IMG/VR virus record: IMGVR_UViG_3300045974_000132
Coordinates: 219,740 to 283,739 of that record
Direction: 5' to 3' (one strand)
DNA from: a virus
DNA length: 64,000 nt
Below, one piece after another: positions 63,937 through 64,000 of the stretch (its first letter is position 1; the number at the start of each line of letters is the position of its first letter). The notes below the pieces were generated by a model, which was given only the letters and a program-made list of their open reading frames with translations, ran no database searches and had not been told where the DNA came from. Made by a program: the position numbers and the translations under genes.

Positions 63937-64000
63937 TGTCCTATTCGACTTTCAAAGAAATGGAGAACCGGATTAGTCCGTTCTTGCGGTTTGCCGAACA
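63937..64000 (+). CDS. hypothetical protein (5' fragment, runs off window)
   Basis: ATG 63937 with AAGGAGG RBS. Confidence 0.3.

Noticed and set aside
1-64000. Searched for tRNA/rRNA-like sequences (GTTCGAATC T-loop, TGGTAGAGC D-arm patterns)
   Set aside because: Nothing convincing was seen by eye. tRNAscan or Infernal would be needed to be sure.

Overview
The window reads as an internal segment of a large virulent dsDNA bacteriophage genome. It is almost entirely plus-strand, with densely packed ORFs that often overlap by 4 nt (ATGA) and strong GGAG/AGGAG Shine-Dalgarno sites. It contains two perfect sigma70-consensus promoters. Lipobox lipoproteins, a Tat signal and the SD usage point to a Gram-negative (proteobacterial) host. 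No tRNA, rRNA or CRISPR array was found.

Recognisable genes:
- Cell-wall and nucleotide genes: an SLT-domain lytic transglycosylase lipoprotein; a thymidylate-synthase-family enzyme (ThyA); a putative SAM methyltransferase.
- A cluster of phosphohydrolases: an HD-domain protein, an MBL-fold hydrolase, a DHH-DHHA1 phosphoesterase and two MazG-like pyrophosphatases.
- Replication and recombination: a DnaX-like clamp-loader ATPase; a Rad50/SbcC-like ATPase with a CxxC zinc hook; an HExxH metallopeptidase-like protein; a 5'-3' flap endonuclease (RNase H-like); a RuvC-like resolvase with a long basic tail.
- Other: a J-domain protein; a TPR + GT9-like glycosyltransferase.
- Three strongly basic, histone-H1-like proteins, one of them built from eight tandem KKVSTRKPR repeats.

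The genes from 45810 to 48258 are the one minus-strand block. It is bounded by a bidirectional terminator on one side and a divergent promoter region on the other. About 75% of ORFs have no recognisable function.

Features worth a second look:
- An 11-mer ACTGTAAATA-like motif occurring six times, a candidate phage-specific (late) promoter.
- A 12-mer ATACGTCGAGGT just upstream of two start codons.
- A perfect 16-bp palindrome upstream of the H1-like gene.
- A three-member paralogous protein family sitting next to the recombination nucleases.
- A C-terminal module shared between the DHH enzyme and a standalone ORF.
- Roughly 40-bp direct repeats at successive gene junctions.
- The hydrolase cluster itself, which could be either a DNA-precursor/modification module or an anti-signalling (anti-CBASS/Pycsar-type) island.
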